This document shows positions 38,166 through 46,760 of a DNA stretch of 51,740 nucleotides, piece after piece. Under the pieces are notes generated by a model. That model saw only the letters and a list, made by a program, of their open reading frames with translations, did not search any database and was not told the origin of the DNA. Positions within the stretch are counted from its first letter, which is position 1, and the number at the start of each line of letters is the position of its first letter. The position numbers and the translations under genes were made by a program. This stretch comes from Candidatus Bathyarchaeia archaeon (lineage in GTDB: Archaea; Thermoproteota; Bathyarchaeia; 40CM-2-53-6): the NCBI GenBank assembly GCA_049517415.1, contig JBEKSC010000020.1:1-51740 (forward strand), in the 5' to 3' direction.

Positions 38166-39827
38166 TTGTCTGAAGCTACGGTTCCTGTCCTAATTTTGAA
38201 AGAAGGCTCAACCCAAACTCGCGGTAGGGACGCGCAGCGCAACAACATTCTAGCGGCGAAGGTTATTACTGAAACCATCCGCACCACACTCGGCCCCAAA
38301 GGCATGGATAAGATGCTCGTATCCGGCATGGGCGATGTGGTGATTACAAACGACGGGGCTACAATCATGAAGGAACTGGATATTCAACATCCAGCCGCCA
38401 AGATGCTAGTTGAGGTCGCGAAAAGCCAAGATAACGAGGTTGGCGACGGTACGACCACGGCCGTTGTCCTTGCAGGCGAATTGTTGACGAAGGCAGAGAA
38501 GCTTCTGGACCAAGAGATCCACCCCACCGTAATCGTCGAAGGGTACAAGAAAGCCTCAGAGAAGGCTTTGGAAATTCTCCGGGACCTTGCCATCGACATT
38601 CAACCGAACGACGAGAAAATGCTTAAGCTCGTTGCAATGACCTCGATGAGCACCAAAGCCACAGCGGGCACGAGCGAACATCTAGCAACATTGGCCACGC
38701 AGGCCGTAAGTCAAATCACCGAGGAACGGGACGGAAAAACAACGGCTGACATCGACAGAATCAAGGTCTTGAAGAAGAAGGGCGAGAGCATGGAGCAAAG
38801 CGAACTCATTAGAGGCATCGTGGTAGACAAGGAGGTTTCACACCCCCAGATGCCCAAACAAGTGAAAAACGCAAGGATCGCACTCCTCAACGCGAAGCTT
38901 GAGATCGAGAAGACTGAGTTCGATGCCAAGATTAACATCAACTCGCCCGACCAGATGAAGCGCTTCCTTGACGAAGAAGAATCCATGCTCCGAGAGATGA
39001 CTGATAAGATTGGAGCAAGCGGTGCCAACGTAATATTCTGTGAGAAGGGAATTGACGACCTGGCCCTTCACTTTCTCGCAAAGAAGAGTATAATGGCTGT
39101 GAAGAATATCAGCAGCAATGATTTGGAGAAGCTGGCAAAGGCTACTGGTGGAACAATCCTTGCAAGTACTAAGGGCATGGCCGCTAACACGCTCGGCGAG
39201 GCAAAGCTTGTAGAGGAAGTTAAGATTGGAGACGATAAACTCGTATACGTTCGCGACTGCAAAGACCCGCGTGCAGTAACTGTCGTTATTAGAGGCGGCT
39301 CGGAGCACGTAGTCGACGAGGCTGAACGCTCCTTCCACGACGCCCTTTGTGTGGTCAGGAACGTAGTAGAAGACCACAAGATTGTTGCTGGCGGCGGCGC
39401 ACCGGAAGCTGAGACAGCGAAGCAGCTGCGGGAATTCGCCGTCAAAGTCGGAGGCCGAGAACAACTCGCCATTGAAGCCTACGCCGAAGCCCTTGAAGCG
39501 ATTCCACTTACAATAGCCGAAAACGCCGGCCTTGACCCTATCGACATAATGGTGGAGCTCAGGTCGAAGCACGCCGAACCTGGAAACAAATGGTACGGCG
39601 TCCAAGTAAAGACGGGAAAAATCGCGGACATGCTTGCAGATAATGTGATCGAACCGCTCAGAGTCAAGCAGCAGGTTATCAAGTCCGCGACCGAGGCTGC
39701 TGGTATGCTGCTCCGTATCGACGATGTCGTCTCTTCGAAAGGCTCGAGGGGAGGCGGTCCGCCTGGTGGAATGCCAGGGGGCATGCCGGGCGGTATGCCT
39801 GGCGGAATGCCACCAGGCATGATGTAG
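38166..39827 (+). CDS. thermosome subunit (group II chaperonin)
   Basis: [30 protein letters not shown] and LRIDD motifs; GGMP tail; upstream GGAG and a TTTATCTA box at 38124-38131. Confidence 0.96.
   Translation: MSEATVPVLILKEGSTQTRGRDAQRNNILAAKVITETIRTTLGPKGMDKMLVSGMGDVVITNDGATIMKELDIQHPAAKMLVEVAKSQDNEVGDGTTTAVVLAGELLTKAEKLLDQEIHPTVIVEGYKKASEKALEILRDLAIDIQPNDEKMLKLVAMTSMSTKATAGTSEHLATLATQAVSQITEERDGKTTADIDRIKVLKKKGESMEQSELIRGIVVDKEVSHPQMPKQVKNARIALLNAKLEIEKTEFDAKININSPDQMKRFLDEEESMLREMTDKIGASGANVIFCEKGIDDLALHFLAKKSIMAVKNISSNDLEKLAKATGGTILASTKGMAANTLGEAKLVEEVKIGDDKLVYVRDCKDPRAVTVVIRGGSEHVVDEAERSFHDALCVVRNVVEDHKIVAGGGAPEAETAKQLREFAVKVGGREQLAIEAYAEALEAIPLTIAENAGLDPIDIMVELRSKHAEPGNKWYGVQVKTGKIADMLADNVIEPLRVKQQVIKSATEAAGMLLRIDDVVSSKGSRGGGPPGGMPGGMPGGMPGGMPPGMM
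39765..39812 (+). repeat. coding tandem repeat (GGMP)x4 in the thermosome C-terminal tail
   Basis: GGNGGNATGCCN repeated four times. Confidence 0.85.
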
Positions 39828-39917
39828 ACGAAACCAGAACTACAGAACGCACCACAGTAGGCATCTCCGTCAACGCGAGCAAATCTTACGCTAGCCCTAA
39901 CCTAGTGCCTTAAGCAT

Positions 39918-40316
39918 GTGGTTAAATTGGCAAACAAAATGACTGAAAGAGTCATCAAGCTCATCGATGGAAAGAATTTTGCTTACCTCGCAACTCTCCT
40001 TCCAGATGGATCCCCTCATGTTACACCGATGTGGGTTGACCACGAAGGTGACATGCTCCTAATGAACACGGCGATTGGGCGAGTCAAACAGAGGAACATC
40101 ACGAGAGATCCCAGAGTATCAATAACCATCGTAGATTCGAACAACCCATACGATCGAATCATCATCCATGGTCGCGTAGTAAGCCAAACCGAGCAGGGAG
40201 CAGATGCACATATCGACAAGCTAGCAATGAAATACACAGGCGCGAACAAATATCAGAAGGCATCACCGAGCGAAAAACGCATCATCATCAAAATCGAACC
40301 ATTGCGAATTCTCTAA
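39918..40316 (+). CDS. PPOX-class (pyridoxamine 5'-phosphate oxidase-like) oxidoreductase, probably F420-dependent
   Basis: LATLLPDGSPHVTPMW, K.RNI.RDPRVS and IDKLAMKY motifs. Confidence 0.85.
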   Translation: MVKLANKMTERVIKLIDGKNFAYLATLLPDGSPHVTPMWVDHEGDMLLMNTAIGRVKQRNITRDPRVSITIVDSNNPYDRIIIHGRVVSQTEQGADAHIDKLAMKYTGANKYQKASPSEKRIIIKIEPLRIL

Positions 40317-40523
40317 GTCAGCATTATCGGTAAGCAGTGTCAAATTCAAAGTGAAATGCAAAGAACTGATTCCACATAATTTGACCAAGATTCAGGCATA
40401 AAGAAAGTAATTCTTGGACCGGGTGAAACGGCCCAGATCGTTGACGAATACGTCAATGTGCGGAGGTTGGAGGAATTCAGCCGATTACTCTACGAGATGT
40501 TGTCGTGGAAAAACCAGTTCGTC

Positions 40524-40961
40524 TTAACAGTAGTTCCGCTCCGAATCATCCTCTACCTTCGCTTGCACATTAGATGAGTACAGTGTTGGGTTACCTTTTA
40601 CACATAGAAATACGAACGGTTCGTCAGATTCATTACTAAACTGGTGAACCGCCATAGACGGAATGAAAATTGTATCACCCTGCTTCAGTGCCCTTAACGG
40701 GCGAGTTTCTTTCGACTGCCTGAGCAGGCCCCTGCCACTTAAGACGTATACATGATGTTCGTGTACGTGTTCATCCAGCGGCGTGTGACCGCCCTTTTCA
40801 AGTGTATACAATCTAAGTGAGAAACGATCCGACCCATGCCGTTCGTCGATCAAATAACTTACTCTCACCTTCTCAGCGCCATTTTTCACGAAGTCCTCAA
40901 CGGGGACAGCCGAAGCGTTGACGATGAGAATATTCTGTTTTGTGTGAGTTTCTTGAACCAT
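40524..40961 (-). CDS. cupin domain protein
   Basis: GGHTPLDEHVHEHHVYVLSGRG and GDTIFIPSMAVHQF cupin motifs. Confidence 0.88.
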   Translation of the reverse strand: MVQETHTKQNILIVNASAVPVEDFVKNGAEKVRVSYLIDERHGSDRFSLRLYTLEKGGHTPLDEHVHEHHVYVLSGRGLLRQSKETRPLRALKQGDTIFIPSMAVHQFSNESDEPFVFLCVKGNPTLYSSNVQAKVEDDSERNYC

Positions 40962-41113
40962 TCTGAATTCCCTTATGGCAAATCTTCTCCCGCGCGTGTT
41001 GCCAGTTCGTATTTAGGTTTGTGCAACTATCTCGTATGTAGCTGATGAACGAAGGTAAGGCTTACAAGGAATCAAGTTGCTCTGTCAAATAGCTACAATA
41101 TGGGAGACCAGTT

Positions 41114-41293
41114 ATGTCGACCGCTAATGACTCTGAAAAGGGAAAGTGGCGATTCTCGCACGTGAGCGTTTATACCGACAATGTTTGTGAAACTTTTACG
41201 GACGAAAAAGGCAAAGCCCACTATAGGTGGCTCTATCCTGATGGAAAAATGGAATATGTTTGCGCGTGCCACCGCTTCCTAAACAAAGTATAG
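41114..41293 (+). CDS. 59-aa small protein, possibly metal-binding
   Basis: Below the ORF-track cutoff: MSTANDSEKGKWRFSHVSVYTDNVCETFTDEKGKAHYRWLYPDGKMEYVCACHRFLNKV. GGGAG lies 7 nt upstream and the ORF fills an intergenic gap. Confidence 0.6.
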   Translation: MSTANDSEKGKWRFSHVSVYTDNVCETFTDEKGKAHYRWLYPDGKMEYVCACHRFLNKV

Positions 41294-41520
41294 CATCAAG
41301 CCCTCGGGCCAGATCTCCGAAAAGAATGATTCAGCTCGGCTTCCTGCTCGATTTCACGCGCTTTCTGAACCGTTGTTTTCTCTTCTGTCGCTGACGTATT
41401 CTGAAACCGGTTTTGCCCAACCTGTGTGGCACAACAACACTTCCCGTATTCTTCTGCCTGTGAAGGAGAGCAATCGCTATATGGTTTGTGTACGTCCCAC
41501 ATTCGAACAGAGTGGCCAGT

Positions 41521-41904
41521 TTGTCGGTTGAGGAACTTTCAGGAAAAGGTTCAGCTGCGTGCCAAGAAGCATTTGCATACCTTAGAGAGCAAATGAAATC
41601 GGATCAAAACATTACTGAGAGCGTCGAATATGAACCGCTCAAGGATGCTGAAACGCCAAGCTACAATGTTAGAGACACGCCGAGGCTGCGAGCCTTCTTC
41701 GGCGAGAAACTTGAGCTCTTCCTCTTCATACCGGAAAAATCTGTGGCCAGCATCAAAGCCGATACATCTGTTCCCGAGGCTCTTAGAGCGTGGGTGGACA
41801 AAGCGCAACTTGGCGGGATGAGCCACCTTCTTAGAGTTCAACTTGCCACGAAAAAAGACGTTGAGGTACTGATGCCCCTCATTAAGGCGGTAACCCGCCA
41901 GTAA
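41521..41904 (+). CDS. hypothetical protein
   Basis: Open frame with protein-like composition filling the gap; start probably TTG 41521 (the ORF track gives 41488). Confidence 0.55.
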   Translation: MSVEELSGKGSAACQEAFAYLREQMKSDQNITESVEYEPLKDAETPSYNVRDTPRLRAFFGEKLELFLFIPEKSVASIKADTSVPEALRAWVDKAQLGGMSHLLRVQLATKKDVEVLMPLIKAVTRQ

Positions 41905-41917
41905 GAGAGATACCGGT

Positions 41918-42298
41918 TCAGGCCGTTTCGTTATACATCCGAATGAACTCTGTGTCGACTACTCCTGAGACCACTCTTTCAGACCCGTCTGGTAGTACGA
42001 CGCCTAAGCCGGCTGCGTGGTAGGGTAATTCGAGCCTCTCTAACTTGACCGGGTCATTTGTTTCGTAAACCTTGATCCACTTTCCGTCCTCTTGACGAAA
42101 GCAATAGAGCTTCTCGACCCTTCTTTCCCCGATTCCTCCTATCCGCCCGCCCGCCGCGCCTGGCGCACTGGTTGGTAGCTGGAGAACGTAGACGCAGTTC
42201 CTTCCTTGATTCTCGCGCAGGTCAATGTTGGATTCGGCAACAAAGATTCGCCTGCTCTTTTCGCTCGCTAACTGTGTCAATTCCTCGAGGGGAGTCAG
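41918..42298 (-). CDS. hypothetical protein; start uncertain (CTG 42298 or TTG 42280)
   Basis: Protein-like ORF (GAAGGRIGGIGERR, LELPYHAAG) directly downstream of the OB-fold gene. The ORF-track start at 42394 overlaps that gene. Confidence 0.6.
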   Translation of the reverse strand: MTPLEELTQLASEKSRRIFVAESNIDLRENQGRNCVYVLQLPTSAPGAAGGRIGGIGERRVEKLYCFRQEDGKWIKVYETNDPVKLERLELPYHAAGLGVVLPDGSERVVSGVVDTEFIRMYNETA

Positions 42299-42335
42299 AG
42301 CTATCGCCCTTTCGGAAACGCGTTTGGAAAAATTG

Positions 42336-42998
42336 CTAGGTAGAAATCTTCGCCACAGGCGACTTGGCTGCGCTTTGAAGAACCCGAAGGGCACCCGTCT
42401 TCCTGTTCAGGGAGAGCTGCTTCTCACCCCTGAAGCTGCCAACTCTTGCGTCTTGGACTTCGACTAAATCTCCCTCGGAGATCGTTGGGATTTGGTTGTT
42501 CCATACGGCTAGAGGAATTTCCCCGGTGCCGTCAGAGAGCGTGACGGAGCACACTAAGAGAGGGTTTCCGTCCTTGGAGGTCACGGCTCTGACCTCCGAT
42601 TTCTTGACAACTTGTGCTCTGAAGGAGACCCCTCGTGTTCCAAACTTTAGGCCACCGATCTGCCTTTCGCCCCGCGAGTTGACTTTGGAATCGTCATGGT
42701 TTTCCTGATCAAAGTCAGATAATTCTTCGGGCAAACGCTTGAGCTTGCTGATGGAATCATTGGGAATCTTTGCTTGTGCTAGCGGTTTACCCTCAACGGA
42801 GAACATGTAGGTTGAAGATAGCTCCTCTCTATTCCTTAGCTCGATGGAGAACTTTCCACAGCGTGAGTTTCCACGTTCACGTGCAGAGACCATGGCCGTG
42901 TACAGTACTGGGGTCGTGAGGTTATGCTTTCTTGCCAGTTGCAGCAAGTAGACTAGGTCTCTATCTAGGCCTCGCGTCTTTGGTAAGTTCCTTAGCAC
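42336..42998 (-). CDS. OB-fold nucleic-acid-binding (SSB/RPA-like) protein with N-terminal extension
   Basis: C-terminal TLSDGTGEIPLAVWN...GDLVEV...FRGEKQLSL is typical of RPA/SSB OB folds; TTTATAA box at 43040-43046. Confidence 0.8.
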   Translation of the reverse strand: MLRNLPKTRGLDRDLVYLLQLARKHNLTTPVLYTAMVSARERGNSRCGKFSIELRNREELSSTYMFSVEGKPLAQAKIPNDSISKLKRLPEELSDFDQENHDDSKVNSRGERQIGGLKFGTRGVSFRAQVVKKSEVRAVTSKDGNPLLVCSVTLSDGTGEIPLAVWNNQIPTISEGDLVEVQDARVGSFRGEKQLSLNRKTGALRVLQSAAKSPVAKIST

Positions 42999-43124
42999 GA
43001 TTATGATTATTCAACTCGTAGGCAGTATGGCAGCATAGGTTATAAATCGCCCGAAAAAGAAGCCTTAATTTGGGGCTTTCCACGGTCCCTGCTCGATGAA
43101 AAGGACCTGATTTCCTACCGGCGC

Positions 43125-43508
43125 TTACTTTGTGAAGTCCCTTTTGTCGACATAAACGTTCACGGCCTTGAGGTAGGAAGGGGCGTTCGACCCTGTTCCG
43201 GCAAGGGTGAACTGACTGTCCACAAGGAACTTGAAGTGCGCACCTTTATTCTCGGCAGCGTAGGACAGTGAGATTTCGCCGGGCCGGCCTAGTTTGCTGC
43301 CTTCATGCCGAATGGCTATGTTTCTGTCCCGCCCGGCAAACCAAGACTCAATTTCCTTGCGCATGGTGGGTTCAACAGAGTCGAATGGCATCCCCTTGTG
43401 CTCTTTCGCGAATTTGTCGGTAAGTGCTTTTCTGCACTCTCGGCTCAGCGTGGTCATGTAAACGAAAGCTTTCTCAACGAGTTGTCGACCGGATGGAGTA
43501 TCCGTCAT
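43125..43508 (-). CDS. hypothetical protein
   Basis: 127-aa ATG ORF, 14 nt downstream of the SRPBCC gene, with a GTGA SD-like element. Confidence 0.65.
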   Translation of the reverse strand: MTDTPSGRQLVEKAFVYMTTLSRECRKALTDKFAKEHKGMPFDSVEPTMRKEIESWFAGRDRNIAIRHEGSKLGRPGEISLSYAAENKGAHFKFLVDSQFTLAGTGSNAPSYLKAVNVYVDKRDFTK

Positions 43509-43522
43509 ATCACATGACCACT

Positions 43523-43936
43523 CTAGCGTGCCTTTCTCTTCTGGAAGTATTGCCTTAATGGGTCCCAGTATGATTCAACCCAGCCTTGCCGGTAGTTTCT
43601 GGCTTGGCTGGCCGGTACGTTTGATTGGACCATGGTCACTTGTGTCCCGCCTTTCTTCGGTTTGAATGATAGATTGAGGATTGATGGCGAATAGCCTTCC
43701 GGCCATTCCGTGGTCTTCCATTGTTGAACAATCAGTTTGCCCTCCTTCAATTTGAGATTCTTTCCAGTAATGTATCCGTCCCATGCAGTGAATCTTCCGC
43801 CAACCTTAGGGTTGGACGTTGCCTTCGCGCCGGTAAACGCCGCGTGCATCTTCGCTTTCATGAACGCGTCATAGACTTCAGCCGGCTTAGCGGGGATTAA
43901 TTTCGTCTGCCTTATTGTAGTAACTTTCATGTCCAC
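43523..43936 (-). CDS. SRPBCC / AHSA1-like (START-fold) protein
   Basis: A.PAEVYDAF, GGRFTAWDGYITG, IVQQWKTTEWP and GWVESYWDPLRQYF motifs. Confidence 0.88.
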   Translation of the reverse strand: MDMKVTTIRQTKLIPAKPAEVYDAFMKAKMHAAFTGAKATSNPKVGGRFTAWDGYITGKNLKLKEGKLIVQQWKTTEWPEGYSPSILNLSFKPKKGGTQVTMVQSNVPASQARNYRQGWVESYWDPLRQYFQKRKAR

Positions 43937-44194
43937 TTCAATTCACTTTAGAACTGTTCGAGAGAACTGATTAAAGTATTTGGAAAACACGTGCGCAATG
44001 AGGCTTGCATCGTGCGGTTAGCCAAGATTGGTGCACTTTCTTCTCTGAGCATTCCTGGACCATGGGCTTGCATAATGCATGCAAGTAATGGGCCAAGAGT
44101 TGTTGATATTCTGCACGTTGACTGACATATGCCCGTTCGCGTTTGGTTATGCTTAAGTTCGGGGAGCGCAGCCCGCCTTGTTTGGCGATGTAAT

Positions 44195-44365
44195 ATGTGT
44201 CAATGCGGGCAATGCTACCACCCGTACTACTATTGGCAATTCTACGGGCCACCCTCCGCGTACCCTGGGACCGCGTACTACTTCCCATACTATGCCGAGT
44301 ACCCAAGATGCGACGGCGGAATCTTAGCATCAGGGCTCTATCCGTACGCGCCATTTTGGCCGTAG
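44195..44365 (+). CDS. 56-aa Tyr/Pro/Cys-rich microprotein
   Basis: MCQCGQCYHPYYYWQFYGPPSAYPGTAYYFPYYAEYPRCDGGILASGLYPYAPFWP contains 13 Tyr, 9 Pro and 4 Cys. CTTAAGT box at 44152-44158 upstream. Confidence 0.55.
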   Translation: MCQCGQCYHPYYYWQFYGPPSAYPGTAYYFPYYAEYPRCDGGILASGLYPYAPFWP

Positions 44366-44464
44366 ACTGCGTTGCTTTTCCACTTCCCATCCAGAGCCCT
44401 TTCTTCATGGGATTTTGATCCAATATAAGGCCCCTTTCGATGGGCAACATAGTCTTGCTTGCCG

Positions 44465-45556
44465 TTACTTCATTATCGTGACAATATCACGATCTTGGAC
44501 AACATGATCCATGCCGACCCGTTGAGGACTGAACCTTACACTTGTTCCTGAAACTAGCGCATACTTTGCTTCCCCTTCAAATTTTCTGTGAATCTTCTTA
44601 CAAACGTCGGAAACGGTGGAACCGGCGGTCATTATCAGGGGTTGCTCAAGATCAGGTGGACTGTTTCGCGGTTTGAGGTAGACCTTGATTAACCTCATCC
44701 GGCCAAAGATAGCCGCCTTGAGTTTTTCGATGTTTACATTCTGATCCGCAGAGATTGGAATCAGGTCTTCGCCCATCCGCTTCTTGGCTTCAGCCACGTA
44801 TTTGGGGCTGACCAAGTCGATCTTGTTCAGTACGGTCACGGACGGAAGATATCGACGATTTCCAGCCACTACGTCGATGAGTTGGTCATCAGTTATGTCT
44901 TCCCTAATTATGACGTTGGCATCGTTGATTTTGTAGATGTTCAGTATTGCCCGCGCAGTTGACTCCGTTAGGTGGGTTAGGTTGCAGGCCGTCGTTATGC
45001 CGAGCCCGCCTTGAGAGGATCGGTTGATGGTCACATTCGGAGGTCGAGTGTTGAGCCGAATTCCCATCTCATACAATTCCTTCCTTAGAACGCTGACCTG
45101 GTCTGGTTGGAATACGTCCAAAACTAAGAGGATTAGGTCGGCGTTTTTTGCAACGGATAGCACCCTTTTGCCCCTGCCCGTTCCAGTTGCAGCACCTGAG
45201 ATGATGCCTGGCAGATCGAGGATTTGTATTCTGGCTCCTTGGTATTCCAGCAAGCCAGGAACAACCGTAAGGGTAGTGAAGGCGTAGGGGGCGACTTTTG
45301 ATTTGGCGTTCGTGAGCCTATTGAGGATGGTGGACTTTCCAACACTGGGTAGACCTATGAGAACGACGGTGCAATCGCCGCCTTTTCTCAGCTCGAAACC
45401 CACGCCTCCCTGCCTGGACCCCTGGGCACGTTCTTGTTCGGCTCTGAGCTTCGCGAGCTTCGCTTTGAGCAGACCAATATGGTGTTCGGTGTGCTTGTGA
45501 ACCTGTGTTCTCTTCATCTCTTCTTCTATTGCGCGAATTTTCTCCGGCACACCCAA
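44465..45556 (-). CDS. DRG-family (OBG-like) GTPase with TGS domain
   Basis: GLPSVGKST, YAFTT, DLPG, NKID and C-terminal TGS (QRVGMDHVVQDRDIVTI). Start moved to TTG 45556. Confidence 0.93.
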   Translation of the reverse strand: MGVPEKIRAIEEEMKRTQVHKHTEHHIGLLKAKLAKLRAEQERAQGSRQGGVGFELRKGGDCTVVLIGLPSVGKSTILNRLTNAKSKVAPYAFTTLTVVPGLLEYQGARIQILDLPGIISGAATGTGRGKRVLSVAKNADLILLVLDVFQPDQVSVLRKELYEMGIRLNTRPPNVTINRSSQGGLGITTACNLTHLTESTARAILNIYKINDANVIIREDITDDQLIDVVAGNRRYLPSVTVLNKIDLVSPKYVAEAKKRMGEDLIPISADQNVNIEKLKAAIFGRMRLIKVYLKPRNSPPDLEQPLIMTAGSTVSDVCKKIHRKFEGEAKYALVSGTSVRFSPQRVGMDHVVQDRDIVTIMK

Positions 45557-45625
45557 GATAGTCTGCCCCAAACCGAGGGCATAGCCGAATAAGCAATAAA
45601 CCGAACGGTGCAACGTTAGGTTACA

Positions 45626-46678
45626 ATGACTCAATCGATGATTGCCGCTAGGCTACATGCAATCCATGAGAAGCTCAGCATAGACCACGTAAGCGTCCCT
45701 GACATAGCCCCCGATGAGGTCCTCGTCGATGTCATGGCAAGCGGGATCTGCCACTCTGACATAAACTACCGAAATGGGATTGCGCCCGTAGGCAAACTGC
45801 CGATAACTCTTGGCCATGAGATTTCTGGCATCATAGCTAGGACGGGGGCGAAGGTGAAGGAGTTCCGTCCAGGGGATAGAGTTTTGGTGCATTACATCGT
45901 CAGTTGTGGAAGATGCGTTTACTGCAGGACTGGGCGTGAGAATTACTGCGCAGGCTATCGAATGATTGGGAAGGATGTTGATGGCGGTTTCGCCGAGTAC
46001 GTGAAAGTTCCGGCTAGGAGCATTCTGAAACTCCCTCGGAGGTTTCCGTTCGAGCAAGCTGCGATAATGGGTTGCGCCGTCCCAACCGCCTACCACGCTC
46101 TCAAGCGAGGAAGGGTGCAACAGGGCGATACGGTTGTCGTATTCGGGGTTGGCGGCCTTGGCTTACATGCTGTTCAACTAGCTGCAAAGGCCTTCAAGGC
46201 TGGACTGATAATCGCCGTGGACCTTCAAGATTGGAAGCTGAAGCAGGCGAAAAGCTTTGGAGCAAAGGAAACCGTAAACGCCGCGAACCAGGACGTTAGT
46301 GAGGCAATCAGGAAAGCAACGGACGGAGGATTTGCCGACGTTGTGGTTGACTTTGTCGGCCATGAAGCCACAGTTGAGCAAGCAATATCCTCTGTTGGAA
46401 AGGGAGGCAGAATGGTATTGGTAGGCATCGGAGCCAAATCAATCCACCTCTCCCCCTACGAGACCATAATTGGCAAAGAGATGGAGATCGTGGGAGTGGA
46501 CGACCACCTGAAAACGGAACTGATACAACTCGTCAAACTCGTACGTGAGGGAAGACTAGACCTTTCGCGATCAGTCACACACAAGGTCGCGCTCGCCGAC
46601 ATTAACAGCGGCTTTGAGACCCTCGAATCTAACCGCGAAAACGTCATCAGAATTGTGGCAACGAAGAAACAAACTTGA
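45626..46678 (+). CDS. zinc-dependent alcohol dehydrogenase (MDR family)
   Basis: GICHSD, GHE, structural Zn site CGRCVYCRTGRENYC, GGFAEY and GVGGLG motifs. Confidence 0.93.
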   Translation: MTQSMIAARLHAIHEKLSIDHVSVPDIAPDEVLVDVMASGICHSDINYRNGIAPVGKLPITLGHEISGIIARTGAKVKEFRPGDRVLVHYIVSCGRCVYCRTGRENYCAGYRMIGKDVDGGFAEYVKVPARSILKLPRRFPFEQAAIMGCAVPTAYHALKRGRVQQGDTVVVFGVGGLGLHAVQLAAKAFKAGLIIAVDLQDWKLKQAKSFGAKETVNAANQDVSEAIRKATDGGFADVVVDFVGHEATVEQAISSVGKGGRMVLVGIGAKSIHLSPYETIIGKEMEIVGVDDHLKTELIQLVKLVREGRLDLSRSVTHKVALADINSGFETLESNRENVIRIVATKKQT

Positions 46679-46760
46679 GTCACTTACTAGACAACGTGAC
46701 CTCGAAAAGAGAGCTTGACATCATTGCTGGACCGAGAAATCTACAGAGCTAGTTGGGGAG

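Noticed and set aside
38838..39605. 255-aa antisense ORF within the thermosome gene, and the many other antisense or nested ORFs in the track
   Set aside because: These are shadow frames of well-supported genes and have no recognisable motifs.
41296..41502. 68-aa minus-strand ORF with a CCC motif
   Set aside because: No recognisable family, and it abuts or overlaps the start region of the divergent gene; insufficient support.
43971..44450. 159-aa minus-strand ORF
   Set aside because: Arg/Ser-rich with no motifs, and antisense to the more strongly biased Tyr-rich ORF.
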